A stretch of 63,588 bases of DNA, filler included. It is 8 parts of 8 records of this genome, joined end to end, with 100 filler letters (N's around TTAATTAATTAA, not from the genome) between each part and the next. Parts side by side here need not be neighbours in the genome. Positions count along the whole stretch, not along the records: positions 1 to 6,308 come from SRR31156797_40704; positions 6,409 to 15,729 come from SRR31156797_40762; 6 more parts are not named here. One strand, given 5' to 3'. The notes beneath the pieces were generated by a model. The model did not search any database. It saw only the letters and a list, made by a program, of their open reading frames with translations, and was not told the origin of the DNA. Below are positions 1-7,969 of this stretch, piece by piece (the first letter of the stretch is position 1; every line of letters begins with the position of its first letter). A program made the position numbers and the translations under genes.

Positions 1-30
1 GACTTCCGGGGTGACTTCCGGGGTGACTTC
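1..30 (-). repeat. In-frame 12-bp tandem repeat GAAGTCACCCCG (EVTP)n, cut by the contig end
   Basis: + strand reads gacttccggggt gacttccggggt gacttc, which is 2.5 copies. Confidence 0.9.
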
Positions 31-1248
31 TGATTTTCCTTTTCTGCGAAGAATCAGCACGAATGCCCCATCTTCCAATCTGAATTCCGGTTCTTTCAGA
101 TCATGCTTTTTGCAGAGCTGAATCATATCCAGAGTACCGGTTCCTGCTTTTTCGATGTACTTTGCAAGAAACAGGGGTTCTGCAATAAGAGGATTGGCCG
201 GGTGGGATGCATGAGGCTTACGCAGGCTTTCGAGAGATAAGGATGGTGGCAGTTCTCCGGGATTCCATATTTCCAGGCGGTCGGCAAAAAGCATTATCTG
301 TACACTGGCATTGCTGGTATAGTCCCGATGGGCAATTGCATTGACAATCCCTTCAGCTACAACAGCTTGTGGAATGTCATATTCCACAGGTGCTTCAGGT
401 CCCTTTTCTCTGGTACCTACTGAACGTGTAAGTTTTGACATCACGAAATCAACGGATTGGTCTACAAGATCAAAGACTGTTCCTTTATAAATTTGATAGG
501 ATGGGATAGGTTTCTGAATTTCCGTGCCGTGAAAATGCAGACATTTTACTTCAGATGTTATCAAAAATCTTTGAGGCAAGTTACCAAATAGAAGAATCGC
601 TGCATGCGATGGAACTTCTTTTTCCATGAGATTCAGGTGTTTCAAAGCATCCAGTGTAGAAGTATCTTCATGCAGTGCATATTCTCTTGCATTTCGTGCA
701 CGTGAAATGAACCATTTGATCTTTTCCAGGGAGATATCATCAAGTGTTGCACCGGAACATGCAGAGGCATCGAAGGGTCCGGTGCGAATTCTTCCTGTGT
801 GTTCAAGATACTGCACTAAGGCTGCATAGACAGCGGTTGTCAGTTCAGGCTGGCTTGAAAATCGACGACGTACAAGTTGTTCATCGGCAATTGAAATGAG
901 TTTCTCCATTTTAGGATGCCTTTCTATGGAATCAACACCTTTTATAAAAACAAATCTGGTTTTTGACGTTCTGGTAGCTTCTTCAAATTCCCTTTGGGTT
1001 GGTGAAATACCTTCTTCGTCTTCCCATCCATATTGCTCACCAAACAGAGCAAGATAGATGGTGCAGTTCTTCACTTCATCCAGATAGACCTCGTTTGCCT
1101 TCCTGTCAACAGCAGGGAGATTCTCAAACATAAAAACATCAAAGAAACGACTAAGCATTGGGTCACCACTGATAAAATCAAAAAGAGACCCGCGCTCGGA
1201 TGCAAACTCTTTCTGGACACTGCTGATAAAGATGGTGAGTCTTTTCAT
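1..1248 (-). CDS. DUF4062 domain + HATPase_c_4 ('RecG C-terminal'-like) protein, 3'-truncated by the window edge
   Basis: Not in the ORF track. Manual translation from ATG at 1248 (SD-like AGGAGTGA upstream) gives MKRLTIFISSVQKEFASER...GISPTQREFEEA (DUF4062-like) and ...EGIVNAIAHRDY...DRLEIWNPGELP...NPLIAEPL...IEKAGTG (HATPase_c_4-like). The frame is open to base 1. Confidence 0.85.
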   Translation of the reverse strand, partial: MKRLTIFISSVQKEFASERGSLFDFISGDPMLSRFFDVFMFENLPAVDRKANEVYLDEVKNCTIYLALFGEQYGWEDEEGISPTQREFEEATRTSKTRFVFIKGVDSIERHPKMEKLISIADEQLVRRRFSSQPELTTAVYAALVQYLEHTGRIRTGPFDASACSGATLDDISLEKIKWFISRARNAREYALHEDTSTLDALKHLNLMEKEVPSHAAILLFGNLPQRFLITSEVKCLHFHGTEIQKPIPSYQIYKGTVFDLVDQSVDFVMSKLTRSVGTREKGPEAPVEYDIPQAVVAEGIVNAIAHRDYTSNASVQIMLFADRLEIWNPGELPPSLSLESLRKPHASHPANPLIAEPLFLAKYIEKAGTGTLDMIQLCKKHDLKEPEFRLEDGAFVLILRRKGKSEVTPEVTPEV

Positions 1249-1375
1249 TTGAATTCACTCCTTATGATAGAGATGTGATTAAAGATTGTTTGATAACAAT
1301 AGCTTTCATGGATAATAAAGATATTTTGGAACAGGAAGGCTTTGAGGACATCGTTTGGTCGATTTCATCTCTGAA

Positions 1376-1582
1376 ATGGACCTGAGTCTTTCAGACGGAT
1401 CAGCATACACCGGTGCAATAAACACAGACGGAACAGAAGCCTCTGCACTTTCTGTAAGCATCGATGCTACAAGCACATGGACTCTCAGCGGTGACAGCTA
1501 CATTACAGAACTAAGTGGAAGTACCGAAAACATTGACCTGAACGGTTACACACTGTATGTAGATGGAGTTGCTTTCGAGTGA
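1376..1582 (+). pseudogene. Orphan 3' fragment of a secreted beta-helical/surface protein gene
   Basis: MDLSLSDGSAYTGAIN...STWTLSGDSYITEL...NIDLNGYTLYVDG resembles the C-terminal end of large secreted beta-helix proteins. There is no N-terminal part, and an oligo-T tract follows (about 1606-1640). Confidence 0.55.
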
Positions 1583-1765
1583 GTCTTTGAGGATGGAGGG
1601 GGAGTTTTCTTCTCTGTTGTTTTTTCTTTTTTTTATTATCTTCAGGCATTTCAATTCTGATACAAGCTGGTTGTAAGGGTTAAGAGAACTTCCGGGGTCG
1701 GATTACAAGTCGTGCCGGATATTGATATGTGGAACGGGGAGAATGTGCTGTTCTGCAGGGTGAGG

Positions 1766-1801
1766 AAATGGATGCCAGAGGGCATCTATTTCTTATTTTT
1801 T
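1766..1801. terminator. Hairpin plus T tract between convergent genes
   Basis: AAATGGATGCC-AGAG-GGCATCTATTT (11-bp stem with one G-U pair), followed by CTTATTTTTT. Confidence 0.45.
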
Positions 1802-1861
1802 GCCTTCAATATCTTGAAGTTGAACATTTAAGACTTACATTATCTAATAATCAACAGTCTC

Positions 1862-4465
1862 TCAATTAATATCGCATAGAGACATGTTTTCAAATTGTTC
1901 AATCAAGTGTTTAGGAGTTAATTGTGAAGATTCCAGTCCTTCTAGCAACTTAAACCTAATTGATTCTCTATTGTATCTACCAGATTGAGACCTAATCCTT
2001 CGTAATAGGCCCGTAATTGTTTCAAACATTTGTCTTATATCATCAATATGAATATAATACAAATCATCGGAATGTGCAATAGCATGGTCATCTAGTTTGT
2101 TTCTCTTCGATATAACTACGCATATCTTCTTTTTGTAATCATCATAGTTTTTGTGGTTTAACTTTGCCCATTTATAATGACCTTGGCTTTGTCTACAGGT
2201 ATCTACAGAAATTACTCCCTCTTCTTTTTCTTGACTTTTAGCTTCAAACAATATGATGATTTCATCATTTAATGTCCATACTGAATCAGGATCCGCATCC
2301 TTCCCTGGATGATAAGAATCAAAACCGAGTAATTTTCCCAAATTGGTTATTCCTTCTTCAAATGAAGAGGAATTGTCATCATAGATGTAATCGTGGAATA
2401 CTTTCATTTTTTTCTCGAATTGCGGTCCTGTTAGTTTCAGTTTATGAAGCATATCCAGAATGCTATCCATAGCATATCCTGTTAAATTATCAACGCTTTC
2501 ATGATCACTTTCTGTTTTTTCAACAGAAGAAGGTAATTCGGAAAACCAATTAATCATATTTGCACAAATTTTTGCCCTGTCAAAATATTCAATATATGTT
2601 GCTTTCCAATGACTATCTTTGGTATTAGCAAAATGAAGCAATGCAGCTGAACCAGCAAAATAATTCCATAGGGCTCTGTACCCATCAAAATCAGAACCTG
2701 AAAGTGCATCTATAATACTTTCAGCTTTTTCTACAGCTCCGGCATAGTTTTTATTCCAAAGGTCATATTCAAATTGAACTTCATTTATTACTACCTCACT
2801 TAAAGCCTTGGTTCTAGGATCATCGATTGAATCAGTCTCGTCCCTAAATGTTAGTATATTTTCCTCTGCTTCTTTCCATTCATCACCTTGTTCCATAAAA
2901 ACATTAGTTATATAAGCTAAAGTGTCGAGGTCAGCATCCTTACACTGCTCAAGACCAAAATATAATTCTGCCTGCAACTCAGGATGTAGTTTTTCATTAT
3001 TTTCTTTTGCTAAGCAGAACTCAAACAGACTACTCCCAATTGGAACAACCAAGGAATAGTCAGTTGATCCTCTTGTGCAACGGCCTGTAGCCTGAGTGAA
3101 ACGAGTAGTAACACGATCAGATAACAATGAATTCATTTCAAGTCGTGAAAGTAAAAATCCTTCTTGGAGATTTGTAAATCCAGGATATCCCACTATAAAC
3201 AGTTGACGACATGCGTCCCCTGGCAAATCAATACCATCATATCGATTAGTGAGTATAAGAACTGCTGCCTCAGATGAAGTGAACGTATCTAGTGATTCCT
3301 CAATGGACTTGGAATCATAGATATCATGAAAAATACATTCACTTTCTATATAATATTTTATTATATCTGCAATATCTTTATTTGGGCATAAAATAAGTGT
3401 TCGACTGTTTTCATTTACCATATTAGTAAGAAAATCAATATATTCACTGAAAGAATAATTATAGTCGGGGAATAGAAAAAGACGTCTACCTGATCCTTGT
3501 TTATCCCAACCATGTGGAATACTTATTCTTTCAATTTTAGGAATTCCTATTATCCTTTCTAGTTCTCCACCTGCACCTAAAGTTGCAGACATGTAAATTC
3601 TCTGAGAAGCTTGGCTAAATGGATAATGTGAGAGTGTTGGTGGGATCCAAGGCCTAATTAAAACCTCACTGCGTGAGATAAACAAATTGCATGCAAACAA
3701 ATTGTCCTGTATCGTTTTCCATGTAAAAAATAGATTTTTGTCATCAGAGGTTATGTTTTCTTCAAGTAACTCACTTAATTCATTAAGCCGCATTAAAAAA
3801 ACATGGTTTGGAACTTTTTCAATTATATTTTTAATATCAGACTGACTTCTAGTTCTTAACTGATTTACAAAAATAGATGGCAATTCATCCTCAAAAAGAT
3901 TAACTATTTTCTTAAATAAATCATGATTGAAGCTAATATTTAGTGACCACATTGAACTTATGTAACCTTCAGAACCATGTGCATCGTCACAAATGACTAT
4001 ATTTGAATTGTTGAAACGAGGATTAATGTTAAATAAAGCACTGTATGGAGCTATTGCAATAGCATCTGAATTCACATAATCGTTAAATTCTTTAGTTGGA
4101 TATTCTTTTTGTTTTCCTACAAAAGCATGAGCCTTTATACCATAAGTTTCAGCGTAAGAATGGACTTGATGAACTAGCTGCTTTGTAGGACAAAGATAAA
4201 GCACCCGTTTACCATGTTTGGTTCTATGAAATTCCCCTATTAAAAGACCGACAAGGGTTTTACCGCTCCCAGTAGGTAGTTGGAGAGCAACATCCTTGGA
4301 AGTGATGTACTCGTTATTATACTCTCTTAAAATATCTGCTTGATGAGACCATAAACTTTGTATGCTTGGATCCCTACCTTTTAAATTGCGAAAAAGAGAC
4401 TCGGGGTCATCAGCTCCATGTGACTTTAAACCAATTTTTTTAAAACTAAATTTTTTTTCTGGCAT
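1862..4465 (-). CDS. SF2 (DinG/XPD-like) helicase with C-terminal PD-(D/E)xK nuclease; Hna-like antiphage protein
   Basis: Q motif (LWSHQ), Walker A PTGSGKT, DDAH, MSATL, RYDGIDLP, QATGRCTRG, and C-terminal DPDSVW...LFEAK. The gene is visibly more AT-rich than its neighbours. Confidence 0.8.
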   Translation of the reverse strand: MPEKKFSFKKIGLKSHGADDPESLFRNLKGRDPSIQSLWSHQADILREYNNEYITSKDVALQLPTGSGKTLVGLLIGEFHRTKHGKRVLYLCPTKQLVHQVHSYAETYGIKAHAFVGKQKEYPTKEFNDYVNSDAIAIAPYSALFNINPRFNNSNIVICDDAHGSEGYISSMWSLNISFNHDLFKKIVNLFEDELPSIFVNQLRTRSQSDIKNIIEKVPNHVFLMRLNELSELLEENITSDDKNLFFTWKTIQDNLFACNLFISRSEVLIRPWIPPTLSHYPFSQASQRIYMSATLGAGGELERIIGIPKIERISIPHGWDKQGSGRRLFLFPDYNYSFSEYIDFLTNMVNENSRTLILCPNKDIADIIKYYIESECIFHDIYDSKSIEESLDTFTSSEAAVLILTNRYDGIDLPGDACRQLFIVGYPGFTNLQEGFLLSRLEMNSLLSDRVTTRFTQATGRCTRGSTDYSLVVPIGSSLFEFCLAKENNEKLHPELQAELYFGLEQCKDADLDTLAYITNVFMEQGDEWKEAEENILTFRDETDSIDDPRTKALSEVVINEVQFEYDLWNKNYAGAVEKAESIIDALSGSDFDGYRALWNYFAGSAALLHFANTKDSHWKATYIEYFDRAKICANMINWFSELPSSVEKTESDHESVDNLTGYAMDSILDMLHKLKLTGPQFEKKMKVFHDYIYDDNSSSFEEGITNLGKLLGFDSYHPGKDADPDSVWTLNDEIIILFEAKSQEKEEGVISVDTCRQSQGHYKWAKLNHKNYDDYKKKICVVISKRNKLDDHAIAHSDDLYYIHIDDIRQMFETITGLLRRIRSQSGRYNRESIRFKLLEGLESSQLTPKHLIEQFENMSLCDIN

Positions 4466-4595
4466 ATTAGCAAAGGAGCTTGCAAACTACATAAATTTTA
4501 TCATTTGTATGTGTATATATGATATATTTGCATATTTTCTAAAAAAAATCCAATTGATTGTACTGGAGTAGCAACTTTTCAGAAGATGCGACACT

Positions 4596-4604
4596 CTTAA
4601 ATAC
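4596..4604 (+). promoter_or_regulatory. Archaeal-type TATA box upstream of the leader ORF and ilvB
   Basis: CTTAAATAC. TTAAATA (4597-4603) ends 23 nt before the leader ATG at 4627, which fits archaeal TATA-to-start-site spacing. Confidence 0.55.
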
Positions 4605-4626
4605 CACCTCCCCCAATCCTAACCTA

Positions 4627-4695
4627 ATGTCTAACCCTACCACAACTCACACTTTACGCAATGTGTCTGTAGTAGTGGTAGTGCTACACGCTTGA
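4627..4695 (+). CDS. Putative Val-rich leader peptide MSNPTTTHTLRNVSVVVVVLHA
   Basis: 22 codons plus TGA, including GTG TCT GTA GTA GTG GTA GTG CTA (6 Val, 5 of them consecutive). It lies directly upstream of acetolactate synthase, like the bacterial ivbL/ilvL leaders. Confidence 0.7.
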   Translation: MSNPTTTHTLRNVSVVVVVLHA

Positions 4696-4736
4696 ACTAA
4701 CAAAAGAAACTTTTCTGGTTCAAGTGCGCTGTTTTA
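4687..4736 (+). terminator. Attenuator-like long hairpin overlapping the leader stop codon
   Basis: CACGCTTGAAC pairs with GTTCAAGTGCG, with an inner AAAAG/CTTTT stem, followed by CTGTTTTA. Confidence 0.55.
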
Positions 4737-4796
4737 TGATAACTTTACTGAATAGTGTATCCTGTGCCGGGATTGTTTCTTTCATGGAGATTTACA

Positions 4797-6308
4797 ATGG
4801 AAGAAATGAATGGAGCAGAAATATTAGTTAAGAGTCTGGAGGACCTCGGGGTCAAACAAATCTTTGGTTATACCGGGGCGGCGATACTGCCGGTTTTCCA
4901 TGCACTTGAGCAGAGTAACATCGAGATAGTTATCAATTCCAACGAGCAGTCAGCAGCATTTAGTGCAGCCGGTTATTCCCGGTCATCAGGCGATGTCGGT
5001 GTTGCCATAGTCACATCTGGACCTGCGATTACCAATACGCTGACCAGTGTTGCCGATGCCTATGGTGACAGTATCCCACTGCTTGTCTTTGCAGGGCAGG
5101 TCCCGGCACACAAGATAGGCACTGACTCGTTCCAGCATATCAATGTCGAAGGAGTCTTCGGGGATGCTGCAAAGAAGGTCATGCTCGTTTCGGATGGAGA
5201 TGACCTCGAAGCTATTGTCAAGGATGCATACTACTTTGCAATGTCTGGAAAACCAGGGCCTGTTGTCATAGATATACCACTGGATAAACAGCAGAAGATG
5301 CATGAATATCTGGACATGAACGTCATGAGGTTCGAGGAGAGCTACCACGATGACAGGCACCTGTGCGAGGAACAATGTGAAGAGTTCTATCAGATGTTCC
5401 TGAAATCACAAAAGCCACTTCTCTATCTTGGAGGAGGTCTCAACTCAGAAGCAGGAAGCCAGGCTATTCGGGAGTTCAATGAATACTTCGGTATACCTTC
5501 GGTCAACACCCTCATGGCAAAAGGTGTCATCAACGGCAACGATGATCTCAACCTCGGCATGCTCGGGATGTTCGGCACACCATACGCCAACATGCTCATT
5601 CAGGAGAACGACTTCTTCTTCGCCATCGGAGTCCGCTGGGATGACAGGGTTGCGGAAAAGGTCGGCTTTGCCATAGGCACTGACATAGCCTATATCGATA
5701 TCAATCCCGAGAAGATGCACCAGATAAAGATAGAACGTGGACCTAAATTCTCATTTATCGGAGATGCTGCCACGGCTATAATGGACCTGCTCAACTATGC
5801 GAAAAAGCATAACATCACCCTGAATATCCATGAATGGCAGCAGCGTGCCAGATCCCTGAAGAGATCCTGGCCTCTGGACCACAACCGGGAATCTGAGTAT
5901 ATCCAGTCTGCCGAGGTCATGTCTCTGCTGTCGAACTATGTTGATGGCAACACCAAGGTTACCACAGGTGTTGGCAACCATCAGATGCTTGCAGCCCAGT
6001 ACCTCCCAATGCAGAAGGCAAAATCCTTCATGAGTTCCGGTTCCTTTGGAACAATGGGCTTTTCCATGCCAACGTCCATCGGTGCCCATTATGCTAATCC
6101 CGATGCAAGGGTCATAGCCATCGACGGTGACGGCAGCCTGCGGATGAATCTGGGAGAGCTGCACACCATTGCATCGCTGAACCTGCCCATCAAGATACTC
6201 ATGCTCAACAATAGAAGTGATGGGATGGTCCAGAACCTTCAGGATGCTGCCTATAATGGAAAGAGGACCGGGACACAGAGACCGAAGGATGTCCGTTTCG
6301 CTGAGATC
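4797..6308 (+). CDS. ilvB: Acetolactate synthase large subunit (ThDP/FAD-dependent), 3'-truncated
   Basis: GAEIL..L...GVKQIFG, EQSAAF, TSGPAITN, GQVP..KIGTDSFQ, KPGPVVIDIP, LGMLGMFG, GVGNHQM, SGSFGTMGF, GDGSLRMN...NN. The ATG at 4797 follows GGAGA. Confidence 0.85.
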
Positions 6309-6408
6309 NNNNNNNNNNNNNNNNNNNNNNNNNNNNNNNNNNNNNNNNNNNNTTAATTAATTAANNNNNNNNNNNNNNNNNNNNNNNNNNNNNNNNNNNN
6401 NNNNNNNN
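6309..6408. other. Artificial contig spacer (N-TTAATTAATTAA-N); six more at 15730, 23098, 31530, 40527, 53047 and 58329
   Basis: Identical 100-bp spacers with stops in all six frames. Composition and gene content change across most of them. Confidence 0.98.
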
Positions 6409-6410
6409 TA

Positions 6411-6455
6411 CCCCGGGTTAAAACCCGGGGCTATTGCTCTAATCCCTTCAGGATT
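6411..6455. repeat. REP-like palindromes at the contig start
   Basis: CCCCGGGTT-AA-AACCCGGGG (6411-6430) and AATCC-CTTCA-GGATT (6441-6455). Confidence 0.6.
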
Positions 6456-6480
6456 AAAATGCAAGATTAAAATCGGATAT

Positions 6481-6517
6481 AAAAAAACAGGGCAATATGC
6501 CTTCATATCGCCCTGTT
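6481..6517 (-). terminator. Rho-independent terminator at the end of the minus-strand operon
   Basis: Minus strand: AACAGGGCGATATG-AAGG-CATATTGCCCTGTT followed by a T run. Confidence 0.8.
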
Positions 6518-6534
6518 AATACCTAAACAAACAA

Positions 6535-6921
6535 TCATTGAGCTTTGAGCCACTCTTTGGCTTCGTCATGTGAGAAAAACCGCTCATTGATAAATTTATC
6601 ACCTCTCTCCTTCACAATATTATTAACCGCAAATTTTACGAAAGGATCGTCTTTGATTACTGTGGCAGATACTTTATATCCAACCTTTTCTGCTTCGGGC
6701 AGCCATACCTCGTTTAACCATACTTGATCGGACCGACCAAATATAACTGCCTTGGAATTATCAGTAAGCACTTTATATGCATTGTTTTCCCTCAACACAT
6801 CAATTACCATCATACATGCTTCACGGAATTTATCACTTTTAGGTGCTCCATTCCACTCTATAACAGCTGCTTCTGCTTCTGAATCGTACCATATTTTACA
6901 GTAATCAGAGTCTAAATACAT
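6535..6921 (-). CDS. STAS/SEC14 (SpoIIAA-like) small protein
   Basis: 128 aa with the pattern V.IEWNG...FREA...VLTDNS...DQVWLNEVWLP, typical of Bacteroidota STAS/SEC14-like proteins. Confidence 0.65.
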   Translation of the reverse strand: MYLDSDYCKIWYDSEAEAAVIEWNGAPKSDKFREACMMVIDVLRENNAYKVLTDNSKAVIFGRSDQVWLNEVWLPEAEKVGYKVSATVIKDDPFVKFAVNNIVKERGDKFINERFFSHDEAKEWLKAQ

Positions 6922-6926
6922 GATTG

Positions 6927-7958
6927 CTATTTTAAAAAGTTTCTAATTGATTCATTCAATTTGCCTGACTTTTCAAGGGGTAAAAAGTGGCCACATTGTG
7001 GTACCATCACCAATTCACTATTTGGAATTTTTGAATGACCATATTCAGCAATTTTCTGTGTGCACCCGGGATTCAAAAATCGGTTAGGAATCAAATTATC
7101 ATTTTCACCAAATAGGATTAAAGTAGGTTGTTTAATTTGATCTAGCTTATCAATAACAGGCTGATCAACCATTCCATGAACTGAACGAACTACGGTATAG
7201 CAGTAATTATCAAAATCAGCAGCAGATCGCATTGCTAACCTATCAGTTATTATAAACTCTGCGTCATCAGGCATATTATAAAAATTGTATGCAGCATTTG
7301 TAACAACCGCATCTGCCGGAGTTAGTTTGACAAGAGTCAGCGTCATCACATCTCTAAACCAGTCTTTTTGTCCCTCTGAAAAACGCTCAAAACCGGCTGG
7401 TGCAACTAATACTAATTTCTTCACTCTATCAGGATATTGCAATGCAGTCACCATAGATATTTGTCCACCCATACTATGACCAGTCAGCACCGCCTTCTCA
7501 ATATTCAGTTTATCCATCAATTCTACTATGATAGAAGCATAATAAGTCATGCTGCCCTCATGCGGATTTTTACTTGATTTACCATAACCTGGCAAATCCA
7601 CAGCGATTACACGGTAGTCGGATTTTAAATCTTCAATATTTTTTTCCCAGGCACGTAAATACGTTCCAAGTCCATGAATAAAAATAATGGTTTCTTTACC
7701 CTGACCTTCGTCAACGTAAGCCAATTTGACATCATCAGACAGCTCTGCGTATTTTACTTCAAATGGATATTGTAAATCTTTGGACATGCTTTCCATTGGA
7801 ATTACTCTACTATATTGCGAAGCTGAGGTTATAGTTTTACCAACTGCTTTAAATGGCATTCCAATTACACTCAATGTTTTTTTTGTTATCGTACATGAGC
7901 TCAATCCAAGCAGTGCCATCAAACTTCCTATAAGTATAAATTTCATTGTCTTTCTCAT
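6927..7958 (-). CDS. Alpha/beta-hydrolase (esterase), predicted lipoprotein
   Basis: HGLG oxyanion segment, GHSMGG nucleophile, GENDNL Asp and CGHFL His. N-terminal signal ends in the lipobox LGLSS-C. Start is 7958 or 7946. Confidence 0.85.
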   Translation of the reverse strand: MRKTMKFILIGSLMALLGLSSCTITKKTLSVIGMPFKAVGKTITSASQYSRVIPMESMSKDLQYPFEVKYAELSDDVKLAYVDEGQGKETIIFIHGLGTYLRAWEKNIEDLKSDYRVIAVDLPGYGKSSKNPHEGSMTYYASIIVELMDKLNIEKAVLTGHSMGGQISMVTALQYPDRVKKLVLVAPAGFERFSEGQKDWFRDVMTLTLVKLTPADAVVTNAAYNFYNMPDDAEFIITDRLAMRSAADFDNYCYTVVRSVHGMVDQPVIDKLDQIKQPTLILFGENDNLIPNRFLNPGCTQKIAEYGHSKIPNSELVMVPQCGHFLPLEKSGKLNESIRNFLK

Positions 7959-7969
7959 TGCTTTAGATT

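Noticed and set aside
1-30. 12-bp tandem repeat as a CRISPR remnant
   Set aside because: There are no spacers and the repeat is in frame within a protein.
626-1278. Plus-strand ORFs 626-829 and 1033-1278
   Set aside because: They are antisense shadows of the DUF4062 gene on the minus strand.
4755-4796. ORF-track GTG start for ilvB
   Set aside because: The ATG at 4797 has an SD and matches the family N-terminus. The extension is leader RNA.
6309-6408. Recurring TTAATTAATTAA motif between N runs (seven copies)
   Set aside because: It is an artificial contig linker, not a CRISPR or biological repeat. No cross-spacer gene neighbourhood was interpreted.
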